The notes under the pieces: model-generated | Database searches by the model: none | Seen by the model: only the letters and a program-made list of their open reading frames with translations | Told to the model about the DNA's origin: nothing | Assembly: GCA_963845565.1 (NCBI GenBank) | Contig: CAWJSJ010000005.1 | Span: 448,001-512,000 of the forward strand | Length of the DNA stretch: 64,000 nucleotides | Source: an uncultured Methylomirabilota bacterium | GTDB lineage: Bacteria; Methylomirabilota; Methylomirabilia; Methylomirabilales; 2-02-FULL-66-22 | Direction of reading: 5' to 3' | Shown here: one piece after another, positions 40,543-50,147 of the stretch | Numbering within the stretch: position 1 is the first letter of the stretch | Layout: each line of letters opens with the position of its first letter | Program-made: the position numbers and the translations under genes

Positions 40543-42303
40543 ATGACGGACGGCAGGGTGTCGGCATTCGGAGGAACGGCACGGGGGCGGTCCGCCGTGG
40601 GCGGACTCGCCCCTTGGTGCTTTCTCGCACCGTACCTCTTGGTCTTCCTGGGATTCTTCCTCCTTCCTGCGCTCTGGAGCGCCGTCGTCAGCCTCACCGA
40701 CTGGAAGATCGTCGGGACCCCACGCTTCGTCGGACTCAAGAACTACGCCCGCCTGTTCGGCGACCCGCTCTTCTTCACCGCGCTCAAGAACACGCTGGTC
40801 TACACGGTCGTCATCGTCCCGTTGACGGCCCTGGTCGGCTTGGGCCTGGCGCTCTTGCTCAACCAGCCCTTGCGGGGGCGCGTGGCGACACGGACGGCGG
40901 TGTTCGCCTCGTATGTGGTGATGGTCTCCGTGGTCGGGATCATCTGGCGGTGGGTACTCGATCCCACCGGGGCGGGCATCGTCAACTACTATCTGGGGAA
41001 ACTCGGCGTCGGGGCCTTGCCGTGGCTGGCGGCGCCCGAGACCGCCATGCTCTCCATCATCATCGCGACCATGTGGTGGACGGCCGGCTACAACATGGTG
41101 ATGTACCTGGCGGGCCTGCAGGACATCCCGGAGACGGTGCGCGAGGCGGCCCACATCGACGGCGCCAGCCCCTGGCAGGAGTTCCGCCACGTGACGCTCC
41201 CCATGCTGCGGCCCGTCACCTTTTTCGTGGTGGTGATGTCCATCGCCAAATCGTTCCAGGTCTTCGGTCAGGTGTTCGTGATGACCCAAGGTGGGCCGAG
41301 CAACAGCACGCTCACGATCGTGCAGTACCTGTATGTGGTCGGCTTCACATGGTTCGAGATGGGGTACGCGGCAGCCATCGCCTACGCGCTTTTTGCCCTC
41401 CTGCTCGTCGTCACCATCGTGCAATTCCGAATGGCCACGCGGGAGAGGGGCAGCGCGGGCTTCGTCCGGGCGGGTTTTGCGTGCCGCTTGGGACTGTATG
41501 CCCTGATGGGTCTGGTGCTGGTGGTCTGGGTGGCGCCCCTCCTCTGGATGCTCTCGACCTCGCTCAAGCCGGAAGGGCAGATCCTCAGCCTGGTGCCGCG
41601 CTGGATTCCGCAGACGTTCACGCTCGAAAACTATCGGGAGGTGCTGGACAAGTTCCGGCTGGTGGCGTGGGGCGTGAACAGCCTGGTGGTGGCGGCTGGC
41701 GCGACGATCCTTGGGCTGGCAGTCAGCGTCCCGGCAGCCTACGCCTTCGCCCGGATGCGTTTCCGGGGACAAGATTGGATCTTCCTCTTGATTCTCTCGA
41801 CCGTCCTGGTGCCGGTGCACATCACCATCGTTCCACTCTTCATCGGGCTCGCGAAGCTGAGGCTGACCGACACCTATTTCAGCCTGATCATGCCCACGGT
41901 GGCGAACGGATTCGGCGTGTTTCTCCTGCGGCAGTTCTTTCAGGGGATCCCGCAGGAGCTGGAGGAGGCGGCCACCATCGACGGGGCCAGCCGTCTCGGG
42001 ATTCTGGTGCGCGTGGTGCTTCCGATCTCCCGACCGGCGCTCACGGCGGTGGCGATCTTCCTGTTTATCCTGTCGTGGAACGACTTCATGTGGCCCCTGA
42101 TCGTGACCAATTCTGATGCCACCCGCACGCTCCCCGTGGGGTTGGCCGCCTCGCTGGCGGGCACCGTGGGCGGGGGAGCGATCGCCTACTATGGGGTCAG
42201 CATGGCCGGATCGGTGTTGGCCACCTTGCCGGCACTTCTCATCTTCCTTCTGCTGCAGCGGTATTTCGTCCAGGGGATCGCCCTGACCGGCTTGAAGGGG
42301 TAG
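40543..42303 (+). CDS. Fused double carbohydrate ABC permease (MalF-like plus MalG-like)
   Basis: One open frame containing two EAA motifs (EAAHIDGAS and EAATIDGAS) and both permease signatures. Confidence 0.85.
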   Translation: MTDGRVSAFGGTARGRSAVGGLAPWCFLAPYLLVFLGFFLLPALWSAVVSLTDWKIVGTPRFVGLKNYARLFGDPLFFTALKNTLVYTVVIVPLTALVGLGLALLLNQPLRGRVATRTAVFASYVVMVSVVGIIWRWVLDPTGAGIVNYYLGKLGVGALPWLAAPETAMLSIIIATMWWTAGYNMVMYLAGLQDIPETVREAAHIDGASPWQEFRHVTLPMLRPVTFFVVVMSIAKSFQVFGQVFVMTQGGPSNSTLTIVQYLYVVGFTWFEMGYAAAIAYALFALLLVVTIVQFRMATRERGSAGFVRAGFACRLGLYALMGLVLVVWVAPLLWMLSTSLKPEGQILSLVPRWIPQTFTLENYREVLDKFRLVAWGVNSLVVAAGATILGLAVSVPAAYAFARMRFRGQDWIFLLILSTVLVPVHITIVPLFIGLAKLRLTDTYFSLIMPTVANGFGVFLLRQFFQGIPQELEEAATIDGASRLGILVRVVLPISRPALTAVAIFLFILSWNDFMWPLIVTNSDATRTLPVGLAASLAGTVGGGAIAYYGVSMAGSVLATLPALLIFLLLQRYFVQGIALTGLKG

Positions 42304-42396
42304 ACGCCCCGCGGTCCGGGGCCGATCGCAGACCGAACCGCCAACCCCCGCGGTGGTCGGGGTGGAGGGGCGGGAAGACCAAGGGAGGGTGCCCGG

Positions 42397-43422
42397 ATGC
42401 CACTGGCGCAACCCATCTTTCTGTCGAATCCTGTCGCACCCTCGTGCCACGCGGCGACGATCGTCGAGGCTGCGCCGGGACGGTTCCTGGCGGCCTGGTT
42501 TGCCGGGACGTATGAAGGCCACCCGGATGTCGCCATCTGGCTGGCGCGCTGCGAACGTGACGGCTGGTCCGAGCCGGCCACGGTTGCGGACGAGCCCGGC
42601 GTCTCCCACTACAACCCCCTGCTGTTCCGGGAGAGCGCGGGGACTCTCTGGCTCTTTTACAAGATCGGGGTTTCGGTCCCCACCTGGACGGGCATGTACC
42701 GGCAGTCCGCCGACGATGGCCGCTCCTGGTCCCCGCCCGTGATGCTGCCGGCGGGGTTGATCGGGCCGGCCAAGAACAAACCGATCACGCTGGGTAACGG
42801 CGACATTCTCTGCGGGACCTCCCACGAGACCTGGGGGTCGTGGGCCTGCTGGGTGGAGGCGAGTGCGGATGGGGGGCGTGGGTGGACCAAGCACGGGCCC
42901 ATCGTCGCGCCAGGGGCGGGACAGTACGAGGGCGGGCGGGAAACGGTTGTGAGCGCCGTCTGGGACGAGGCCGCTGGACACCTGGTACTGCCGAAGCATT
43001 TTTCCGGCGTCATCCAGCCCACGCTCTGGGAGTTCGCACCGGGCCGCGTGAAGATGCTGATGCGATCCACGCAGCGGGTCGGGTGCGTCTGTGCGTCGAC
43101 GTCCGACGATCACGGCCGCACGTGGTCGCCGGTGGAGCGGACATCCATCCCCAACCCCAACAGCGGACTGGATGCGGTTCGCTTGCGGGATGGGCGGATC
43201 GTGTTGGTTTGTAATCCGGTCCGGGACGGTCGGACACCGCTGGCCGTGCTTGTCTCGGATGACAACGGCGCCACCTGGCCGCGACGGGTGGACCTGGAGA
43301 CGGCCCCCGGGGAGTATTCCTACCCATCGGTCATCCAGGCCGACGACGGGCGGGTCCACGTGGTCGCCACACACCAGCGGGTGCGGATCTTCCACTACGT
43401 CCTCGAATCCGACGAACTGTAG
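42397..43422 (+). CDS. BNR/Asp-box sialidase-like beta-propeller hydrolase
   Basis: Four Asp-boxes (SADDGRSW, SADGGRGW, SDDHGRTW, SDDNGATW), CHAATI, GPAKNKP and YSYPS; no signal peptide. Confidence 0.88.
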   Translation: MPLAQPIFLSNPVAPSCHAATIVEAAPGRFLAAWFAGTYEGHPDVAIWLARCERDGWSEPATVADEPGVSHYNPLLFRESAGTLWLFYKIGVSVPTWTGMYRQSADDGRSWSPPVMLPAGLIGPAKNKPITLGNGDILCGTSHETWGSWACWVEASADGGRGWTKHGPIVAPGAGQYEGGRETVVSAVWDEAAGHLVLPKHFSGVIQPTLWEFAPGRVKMLMRSTQRVGCVCASTSDDHGRTWSPVERTSIPNPNSGLDAVRLRDGRIVLVCNPVRDGRTPLAVLVSDDNGATWPRRVDLETAPGEYSYPSVIQADDGRVHVVATHQRVRIFHYVLESDEL

Positions 43423-43491
43423 CCCTCCGCACAGGTCGCCGCCGTGGAGTGACCCGCCGGTCCGGTTCGGATCGAGCGCGGGCGGTGGGGC

Positions 43492-44340
43492 TTATCCTCG
43501 CATAGCGAGGACCAGCAAGATCAGCCCGAAGGCGACGACGACGGAGGCGAGGATGCGGCGGGTGCCGTACGCTTCCTTCAGCACCCGCCATCCGAGAAGT
43601 GACGCCAGGATGACCGAGACTTCGCGCAGCGCAGCGATGTAGGTCACCTGGGTGAGGCGCATTGCCATCAGGACCAGGAGATAGGCGGTGACGCTCAGCA
43701 GTCCGCCGACCACGGAGATTCTCCAGCGCCGTCGCCAGAGGTCCGCCAGGCGTCGCGGGTCGCGCCGCCAGAGCACGAACGGCGTCATGCAGGCGCCGTT
43801 GAGCCCCATGAGGACGATGATATAGGCCAGCGGGTTCGACCGGGTCACGCCTGCCTTGTCCACGATGGAATAGGAGCAGATCAAGGCGGCCGTGGCGACG
43901 GCCCATCCCAGAGCCGCACGACTGGCTGCGGCGCGTCGCGCCGACAATCCAAGCCAGGCGATGCCGCCGCCGACCAAGAGGACGCCCAGGATGGCGGGAA
44001 GCGACAGTCGCTCCCCCAGAATCACCGGGGCTCCAACGGCGACGAAGAGTGGCGCCAACCCTCGCGCCACCGGGTACACCACGGAGAGGTCACCGTGGGT
44101 GTAAGCCTGAACCAAGGCAATCATGTAAAAGGTGTGGATCACGGCGCTGCCGGCCAGGAGCGGCCAGACGTCTCGCGAGGGAAGGCCGGTGACGAAGAGC
44201 GCCGGGGCGAGGAGGACGGCGGGCGTGACCACCGTCAGCCAGCCGGAAAAGAGCTTGTCGTCTTCGCTCTTGACGATCAGATTCCAACTGGCGTGGAGGC
44301 CGGCGGACAGCAGGACGAGGCTGAGCGGAAGGAGCCACAT
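43492..44340 (-). CDS. EamA/DMT family transporter
   Basis: SAGLHASWN, GDLSVVYPVARG and ALREVS motifs. Confidence 0.9.
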   Translation of the reverse strand: MWLLPLSLVLLSAGLHASWNLIVKSEDDKLFSGWLTVVTPAVLLAPALFVTGLPSRDVWPLLAGSAVIHTFYMIALVQAYTHGDLSVVYPVARGLAPLFVAVGAPVILGERLSLPAILGVLLVGGGIAWLGLSARRAAASRAALGWAVATAALICSYSIVDKAGVTRSNPLAYIIVLMGLNGACMTPFVLWRRDPRRLADLWRRRWRISVVGGLLSVTAYLLVLMAMRLTQVTYIAALREVSVILASLLGWRVLKEAYGTRRILASVVVAFGLILLVLAMRG

Positions 44341-44499
44341 AATCGGCGATTCGTGATTCCGAGACGTGCAAATCTTGGGGAGTCGGACGGCGACACGGAC
44401 GGCGCTCCGCGATCCGCGGATCTCCCATGTCACCCAACGCGACGGTCTGCATATCACGCCGCGGTCCGACGGGACAAGACAATTCGGACCGGGCGACGA

Positions 44500-45750
44500 T
44501 CACACGACGTCGGGCTCGTCGGGTCCCTCCCGGAGGTGATCCTTGCAGATCTCCCGCAGGAGCGCCGTGGCATAGCAGCCCGGGGGGAGCGTGAAGCCGA
44601 GTTCGAGATAGGAGCCGCGGTCATCCTCCCCCGCCGCGAGGTCGAGGCCCTCGGGTTGAAAGCGCAGCGGGCGACGGCCTCCAACGCACGTCAGGGGTCC
44701 GGTGCGGGGTAGCCCTTCGAGGGCGCATCCGGCGTCGGCAAAAACTCGCTGCTCCGTCGCCCCTGCCTCGCCCTGAGGGTGCGACATGGTGACGCCGATC
44801 ATGGGGCCCGTGGGCGAGATCTCAAACCGAGTCGCCTGGAGTTGCGCGGCCGCCATGTCGGCTACGGGGGCACACTGGCCGGTCCGGTGCCAGAAGGCGA
44901 TCTCACCGGACAGGCACCGATCCAGATCGGCTACCCGTGCGGCGAGTACACGATTGAAGAGCCACGACTGGTAGGCCGACACATAGAAACCCAATACCGA
45001 CCGGTCCAGACCGAAGAGAGCCCGCCGAAGGTCGCCTCCGGTCCGGTGCAACAACCGGCACAACCGGGCGCAATCCGCGAACCCGCTCGGCCAGGCGCTC
45101 GCGGCCTCTCGGTACCGTCCTGCCGCGGTCAATCCGCGAGCCCGGCGGACCGGCACGGAATCGTCCGACATCGGCCGTCCGGCGATCAGCGCCACGGCGG
45201 CCGTGAAGTCGCCGCCCAGCAAGGCGCGGCCTACCTCCCACGTGTCGCCTCGCATGCCGAAGCGCTGAGGGCCGAAGTAATTCGGCACGCCGCGCCGCGC
45301 GAGCACCTCCAGCACTTGCCGCACCTCCCCAACCCGGGCCGCCGACACCTCGCGCAGGCGAACCCTGAATCGATTCCCGCGTAACGCGCCGGGCCGCAGC
45401 TTGGCGCGATGGCGGGCGACGTCCAGAACCCGGAGGTGCAGGAGGTCGAGGGCTTGGACGCGGGACGGCTCGACGCCTTCGATGCTGAGGACCTGCCGCG
45501 TGATGCCGTGCGCGTCCTTCTGGCCGGCCACGCCGATCGCGGTGGGGGACACATCGAGCGTGCGGGCGATCTCCAGGACGGCGCGCCTGGTCGTCATGCC
45601 CACCTTCTCGACCCAGGCGTAGACATGGTCCCCGCTGCCGCAGGGGTCGTACAGGGGGACCTCTTCGACGACGAAGTCCTCGTCGTGCCGCTTGATCCCG
45701 GCGGAGACGGGAGCGATGTCCGCGGTCAGATAGGGCCAAGCCGGGGCCAC
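44500..45750 (-). CDS. truD: tRNA pseudouridine(13) synthase
   Basis: EDFVVEE, GQKD, GNRF, PNYFGPQRFG, SAYQSWLFN and LPPGCYAT motifs; GTG start with RBS GGAGG. Confidence 0.95.
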   Translation of the reverse strand: MAPAWPYLTADIAPVSAGIKRHDEDFVVEEVPLYDPCGSGDHVYAWVEKVGMTTRRAVLEIARTLDVSPTAIGVAGQKDAHGITRQVLSIEGVEPSRVQALDLLHLRVLDVARHRAKLRPGALRGNRFRVRLREVSAARVGEVRQVLEVLARRGVPNYFGPQRFGMRGDTWEVGRALLGGDFTAAVALIAGRPMSDDSVPVRRARGLTAAGRYREAASAWPSGFADCARLCRLLHRTGGDLRRALFGLDRSVLGFYVSAYQSWLFNRVLAARVADLDRCLSGEIAFWHRTGQCAPVADMAAAQLQATRFEISPTGPMIGVTMSHPQGEAGATEQRVFADAGCALEGLPRTGPLTCVGGRRPLRFQPEGLDLAAGEDDRGSYLELGFTLPPGCYATALLREICKDHLREGPDEPDVV

Positions 45751-45893
45751 TCGAGTTCCTCCAGAGGCGTGGTCTCCTGCTATATTGCCAGGGGTGGCCG
45801 GAAGCGCCAATGGATATTTCCGGCCTCGCCGCGGCGGGAGGCGATCTCGTCGGATCCCGGAATGGCGCGCCCGGTCGCCTCGCCAGAATGTGC

Positions 45894-45939
45894 TTGACGC
45901 CCCGCCCGGGTGTGCGCTAAAAGTCGACTGTCGACAATC
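45894..45939 (+). promoter_or_regulatory. gntR promoter with a putative FadR/GntR-type operator
   Basis: TTGACG-18 bp-TAAAAG followed by near-palindrome GACTGTCGACAATC (45926-45939). Confidence 0.55.
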
Positions 45940-45943
45940 CACG

Positions 45944-46049
45944 CCAAGCCGTTGTTAAAGAATGACTCGACCGGAGAAATTCCGGAAACGGCATAAGGAG
46001 CCGTAACGACATTACCACAAATGAACACGTTATCTCGTAACGGCTCCTA
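45944..46049 (-). mobile_element. MITE/REP-like element, family A copy 2
   Basis: The reverse complement aligns end to end with 38849-38953. Confidence 0.85.
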
Positions 46050-46084
46050 ACGAATCACGCTCGACGCGGAACATCGGAAGACCC

Positions 46085-46909
46085 ATGGCCGTTCCCAGAC
46101 GCACAGCCACCCCGCACGCCGCCCGCCCGCTCCAGGGGACGTCTCCGATCGCGTTCCGCACGATCGCCGAGCAGATCGCCGGCTCCATCCGCGAGGCGAT
46201 CGCCCAGGGCCGTATCGCGCCCGCCGCCCGGCTGCTGGAGGCGTCTCTGGCGCGGGAGATGGGGACCAGCCGCGCTCCGGTGCGCGAGGCCCTCAGCCAG
46301 CTGGAACGCGAGGGGCTCGTGATCAAGGAGCCGAATCGGGGCGCGCGGGTCGTCGAGCTCACGGAGGAGACGGTGCGCGAGGTGGCGAGCCTGCGGGGCC
46401 TCCTCGAGGGCTTTGGCGCCTCGCTGGCGGCCGAGCGGCTGACCGCGGAACAGTTCACGGCCCTGGAGGCCATGGTGAAGGGAATGGAGCGGGCGGTGCA
46501 GACGGCCGAGTACGCGCAGTTGGTCGAGCTGGACTATCAGTTCCACGACTTCATCTGCCGGGCCTCCGGCCATCGCACGCTATACGAGACCTGGTCGACG
46601 ATCTCCGGAAAGGTGCGCCTGTACCTTTCGACCACCAACCTCATGTATCGCAATCTGAAACTCGTTGCGCGCGGCCACGGTGAGATCGTGGCCGCACTGC
46701 GATCCCGGGACGCGTTGCGGGCAAGCCGGGTCATTCAGGAGCACCTGGGGGAGATGCTGAACGACTTCGTCGCGAAGGGGAAGCGGCCGGGTCGGCGACC
46801 ACGGTTGATGGGAGACTCGGAGACGTTTCGGGCATCCAGGCGCGCGAGGCGCCTGGCGGTGGCGCGCCTCGGGCGCGCAGGAACCGCGCGGACCAAGGAG
46901 ACCAGGTAG
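46085..46909 (+). CDS. GntR family regulator with FCD domain
   Basis: LAREMGTSRAPVREAL HTH; LEGF, DYQFH and H..I motifs of FCD. Confidence 0.93.
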   Translation: MAVPRRTATPHAARPLQGTSPIAFRTIAEQIAGSIREAIAQGRIAPAARLLEASLAREMGTSRAPVREALSQLEREGLVIKEPNRGARVVELTEETVREVASLRGLLEGFGASLAAERLTAEQFTALEAMVKGMERAVQTAEYAQLVELDYQFHDFICRASGHRTLYETWSTISGKVRLYLSTTNLMYRNLKLVARGHGEIVAALRSRDALRASRVIQEHLGEMLNDFVAKGKRPGRRPRLMGDSETFRASRRARRLAVARLGRAGTARTKETR

Positions 46910-46974
46910 AGGCGGCAGCGCTCTATAACCCGGCGTCGCGACTCGACGCCACCACACACAAAGGAGGAGGGACC

Positions 46975-47802
46975 ATGCGCTCACGGCGATTGTGGTTGGG
47001 TTTGTTGGTGGGGGCGTTCGTGGCCAGCCTGGGTTTTCCCCTGCTCGGCCAGGCAGGCGAGGCCGGTCCCCAGATGCAGGACACCCTGAATGCGGTCGTG
47101 AAGAAAGGTGAGGTGGTGGTCGGAACCTTTGATTTCTACCCACCCTGGGGATTCCGGGATGCGCAGAACAACATCGTCGGGATGGATGTGGACATCGCGA
47201 AGGAATTGGCGAGCGATGACGTGTTGAAGGTGAAACTGACCCTGGTCCCGGTGCCGACGACGCAGGACCGGATCAACTTCCTCCTCTCGGGCAAGATCGA
47301 CGTCGCGATTTCCAACTTCACGGCGACCCTGCCGCGGTCCAAGGCCATCACCTTCACCGACCCGTATGTGATCGACGGCGTCGGCGTCATCTATCGAAAG
47401 GAACTCAAGATCGCGGACTGGAAGGACCTGAACGGGAAGCGCGTGGCGGTGACGACGGGGTCGACCGGAGAGATCCTGCTCAAGAAGCAGGCGCCTCAGG
47501 CCAAGCTCCTGCAGTTCGATCAAGCGTCGACAGCGCTCCTGGCCGTCCAGCAGAACAAGGCGGACGCGCAGATCGAGGACTACACCTATACGGTATTCCA
47601 TGCGGGGCGGGACAAGAATTTGGCCTTCCTGAACAAGCCCCTGGATTTTCAGCCCTACTGTTTCGGCGTCCGCAAGTTCGATCAGGAGTGGCTCAACTAC
47701 ATGAACTTCTTCATCTACCGGCTGCAGCAGAGCGGCAAGATGAAGGAGCTGTACAAGAAGTGGTTTGCCGCCGAACCGTTCCCAGTGTCCCCGCGCTGGT
47801 AG
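46975..47802 (+). CDS. Polar amino acid ABC substrate-binding protein
   Basis: YPPWGF, GMDVDIA, FTDPY and GSTGE motifs. Confidence 0.93.
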   Translation: MRSRRLWLGLLVGAFVASLGFPLLGQAGEAGPQMQDTLNAVVKKGEVVVGTFDFYPPWGFRDAQNNIVGMDVDIAKELASDDVLKVKLTLVPVPTTQDRINFLLSGKIDVAISNFTATLPRSKAITFTDPYVIDGVGVIYRKELKIADWKDLNGKRVAVTTGSTGEILLKKQAPQAKLLQFDQASTALLAVQQNKADAQIEDYTYTVFHAGRDKNLAFLNKPLDFQPYCFGVRKFDQEWLNYMNFFIYRLQQSGKMKELYKKWFAAEPFPVSPRW

Positions 47803-47903
47803 GTTGTTGTTCAAGAGTCGCTTGACCGGAGAAATTTCGATCACGGCATAAGGCGCCGTAACGAAATCATAAAAATGGGGAAGCTATTTCGTAACGGCTC
47901 CTA
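47799..47903 (-). mobile_element. MITE/REP-like element, family A copy 3
   Basis: Reverse-complement homologue; one end abuts or overlaps the SBP TAG stop. Confidence 0.85.
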
Positions 47904-47992
47904 CGCGGACTGACGGTCGGTGCCCCCTGTCCGCTAGCGGGCGGGCGGCACCGACCGCTTCGTGGGGTGGTGGTCCCGGAGGCAGACAGCCC

Positions 47993-48661
47993 ATGCGCGG
48001 GTACGTCTTTCAATTTCGCGAGGTCTTCCAGGAGTTGCCCATGCTCCTGGACGGGGCTGTCACGACCCTGCACATCTCGATCCTGACACTGCTCTTCAGT
48101 CTCATCGTGGGTACCATCGGCGCCCTCTGCCGCATGTCGCGCCTGCGGTGGGTCCGCGTGCCGGCGACGTGGTATGTGGAAGTGATCCGCAACACGCCCC
48201 TCTTGGTCCAGCTCTTCTTCATCTATTTCGGGTTCAGTCAGATCAACATCGACGTGACGAACTACACGGCGGGACTCGCCGGGCTGGTGTTGAACAACGG
48301 GGCGTATCTCACCGAGATCGTCCGGGCGGGCATCCAGGCGATCCACAAAGGACAGTTCGAGGCCGGCTACTCTCTGGGATTGAGCTTCCCGCAGCTGATG
48401 CGGTACGTCGTCTTCCCGCAGGCGTTTCGCGTGGTGTATCCGCCCATGTGCAATCAATTCATCGGCATCATCCTGTGGTCGTCCCTGCTCTCCACGATCT
48501 CCGTCCACGACCTGGCCCTGCGGGGGAAGGAGTTGGCCTCGACCACCTTCCGGTCGTTCGAGACGTATGCGGTGGTCACACTGATCTATGTCGTCATGAC
48601 GCTGACGATCTCGGCCACACTCAAACTGATCGGGTACCGGCTGTTCCGCCGGCCGGCGTAA
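47993..48661 (+). CDS. Polar amino acid ABC permease
   Basis: RNTPLLVQ and [15 protein letters not shown] motifs. Confidence 0.95.
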   Translation: MRGYVFQFREVFQELPMLLDGAVTTLHISILTLLFSLIVGTIGALCRMSRLRWVRVPATWYVEVIRNTPLLVQLFFIYFGFSQINIDVTNYTAGLAGLVLNNGAYLTEIVRAGIQAIHKGQFEAGYSLGLSFPQLMRYVVFPQAFRVVYPPMCNQFIGIILWSSLLSTISVHDLALRGKELASTTFRSFETYAVVTLIYVVMTLTISATLKLIGYRLFRRPA

Positions 48662-48714
48662 GGTCGGAGGATCCTTCCGTCCGCCGGCGCTGAACCGATG
48701 TTCCGAGAACGACG

Positions 48715-49377
48715 ATGCCACAGTACGTCCAGGATCGACTGAACATCTACGACGCCATCCTCTTGCTGCAGGGGTTGGGAAACACGGTACTGCTCTGCGT
48801 GGCGGGGTTGGGCCTAGGGTTGGTCATCGCGCTGTTCGTCGGCCTGGCCCGCGCGTCGGGTTTCCGGTGGCTCTCCTGGCCGGCAGCGCTCTACATCGAG
48901 GTGATTCGCGACTCCCCGTTGCTGATGCAATTGTACTTGGTCTTCTTTGCCCTGCCCCTGATGGGTCTTCAGGTGCCCATCTTCGTGGCCGGGGTGGCCA
49001 CGCTGATGGTCAACGCGAGCGCCTTCATGGCCGAGATCGTGCGGGCCGGTATCCAGGCCATCGGCAAGGATCAGTGGGATGCCGCCCGAGCCTTGGGCAT
49101 GGGATACCTGCCATGCATGCGTCACATCGTGATGCCGCAAGCGGCGCGGGTCATGATCCCTCCAGGCGTGGGGCTGCTCATCGGCCTCATCAAGGATTCG
49201 TCGGTGGTGTCCGTCATCAGCTATATCGAGCTGACCCGCGTCGGGCAGATCCTCACCGAGAAGACGTTTCTCTCGTTTCAGGTCTTCGGCATCGTGGCCG
49301 CCCTCTATTTCCTACTCTGCTACCCCCTGTCCCGGCTGGCGGTGTCTGCGGAACGGAGGTTGAAGGCCGGTGGTTAA
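48715..49377 (+). CDS. Polar amino acid ABC permease
   Basis: [18 protein letters not shown] and IKDSS motifs. Confidence 0.95.
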   Translation: MPQYVQDRLNIYDAILLLQGLGNTVLLCVAGLGLGLVIALFVGLARASGFRWLSWPAALYIEVIRDSPLLMQLYLVFFALPLMGLQVPIFVAGVATLMVNASAFMAEIVRAGIQAIGKDQWDAARALGMGYLPCMRHIVMPQAARVMIPPGVGLLIGLIKDSSVVSVISYIELTRVGQILTEKTFLSFQVFGIVAALYFLLCYPLSRLAVSAERRLKAGG

Positions 49378-50092
49378 CGTCAAGGGCATCAACAAACATT
49401 TCGGGCACTTGCACGTGCTGAAGGATGTGAGCCTGGACGTCGCCCGGGGCGAGGTCGTCGTGATCATCGGCCCGAGCGGGTCCGGCAAGAGCACCTTGCT
49501 CCGTTGCCTGAACTACCTGGAGCCGGTGCAGTCCGGCGAGATCCGGGTGGACGGGATCCGGCTGGACCATCACAAAACGAACATCCGGAAGGTGCGGGCG
49601 GAAGTGGGGATGGTGTTCCAGTCCTTCAATCTGTTCCCGCATCTCAGTGTGCTGAGAAACGTCATGCTGGCGCCGGTGATCGTGCGGAAGCGGCCCGAGG
49701 CGGAGGTCCGGCGCGAGGCGCTGGCCCTCCTGGCCAAGGTGGGGTTGCAGGACAAGACCGACGTCTACCCGTCGCAGCTTTCCGGCGGGCAGCAGCAGCG
49801 GGTGGCGATCGCCCGGGCGCTCTGCATGCAGCCGAAGCTGATGCTCTTCGACGAGGTGACCTCGGCGCTGGATCCCGAGCTGGTGCGTGAGGTCCTGGAC
49901 GTCATGAAGCAATTGGCGCGGGATGGGATGACGATGATCGTGGTCACCCACGAGATGGGGTTCGCCCGCGAGGTCGCCGACCGCGTCATCTTCATGGACG
50001 AGGGGCGGATCGTCGAACAGGGTACGGCCGAGGACGTCTTCGACCGGCCCCAGAATCAGCGGACGAAAGAGTTCCTGGGGAAGATCCTCTAG
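49370..50092 (+). CDS. Polar amino acid ABC ATPase (GlnQ-like)
   Basis: [28 protein letters not shown] and VTHEM motifs. Confidence 0.97.
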   Translation: MVNVKGINKHFGHLHVLKDVSLDVARGEVVVIIGPSGSGKSTLLRCLNYLEPVQSGEIRVDGIRLDHHKTNIRKVRAEVGMVFQSFNLFPHLSVLRNVMLAPVIVRKRPEAEVRREALALLAKVGLQDKTDVYPSQLSGGQQQRVAIARALCMQPKLMLFDEVTSALDPELVREVLDVMKQLARDGMTMIVVTHEMGFAREVADRVIFMDEGRIVEQGTAEDVFDRPQNQRTKEFLGKIL

Positions 50093-50147
50093 CGGCGGGT
50101 TGGAGGTGGGGCTCGCGGCCCGGCGAGGGGCCGACAGGAGAACGACG

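Noticed and set aside
38849..47903. Family A conserved arms with variable loops as a CRISPR-like or guide array
   Set aside because: The copies are dispersed, in both orientations, the loops resemble each other, and no cas or nuclease gene is present.
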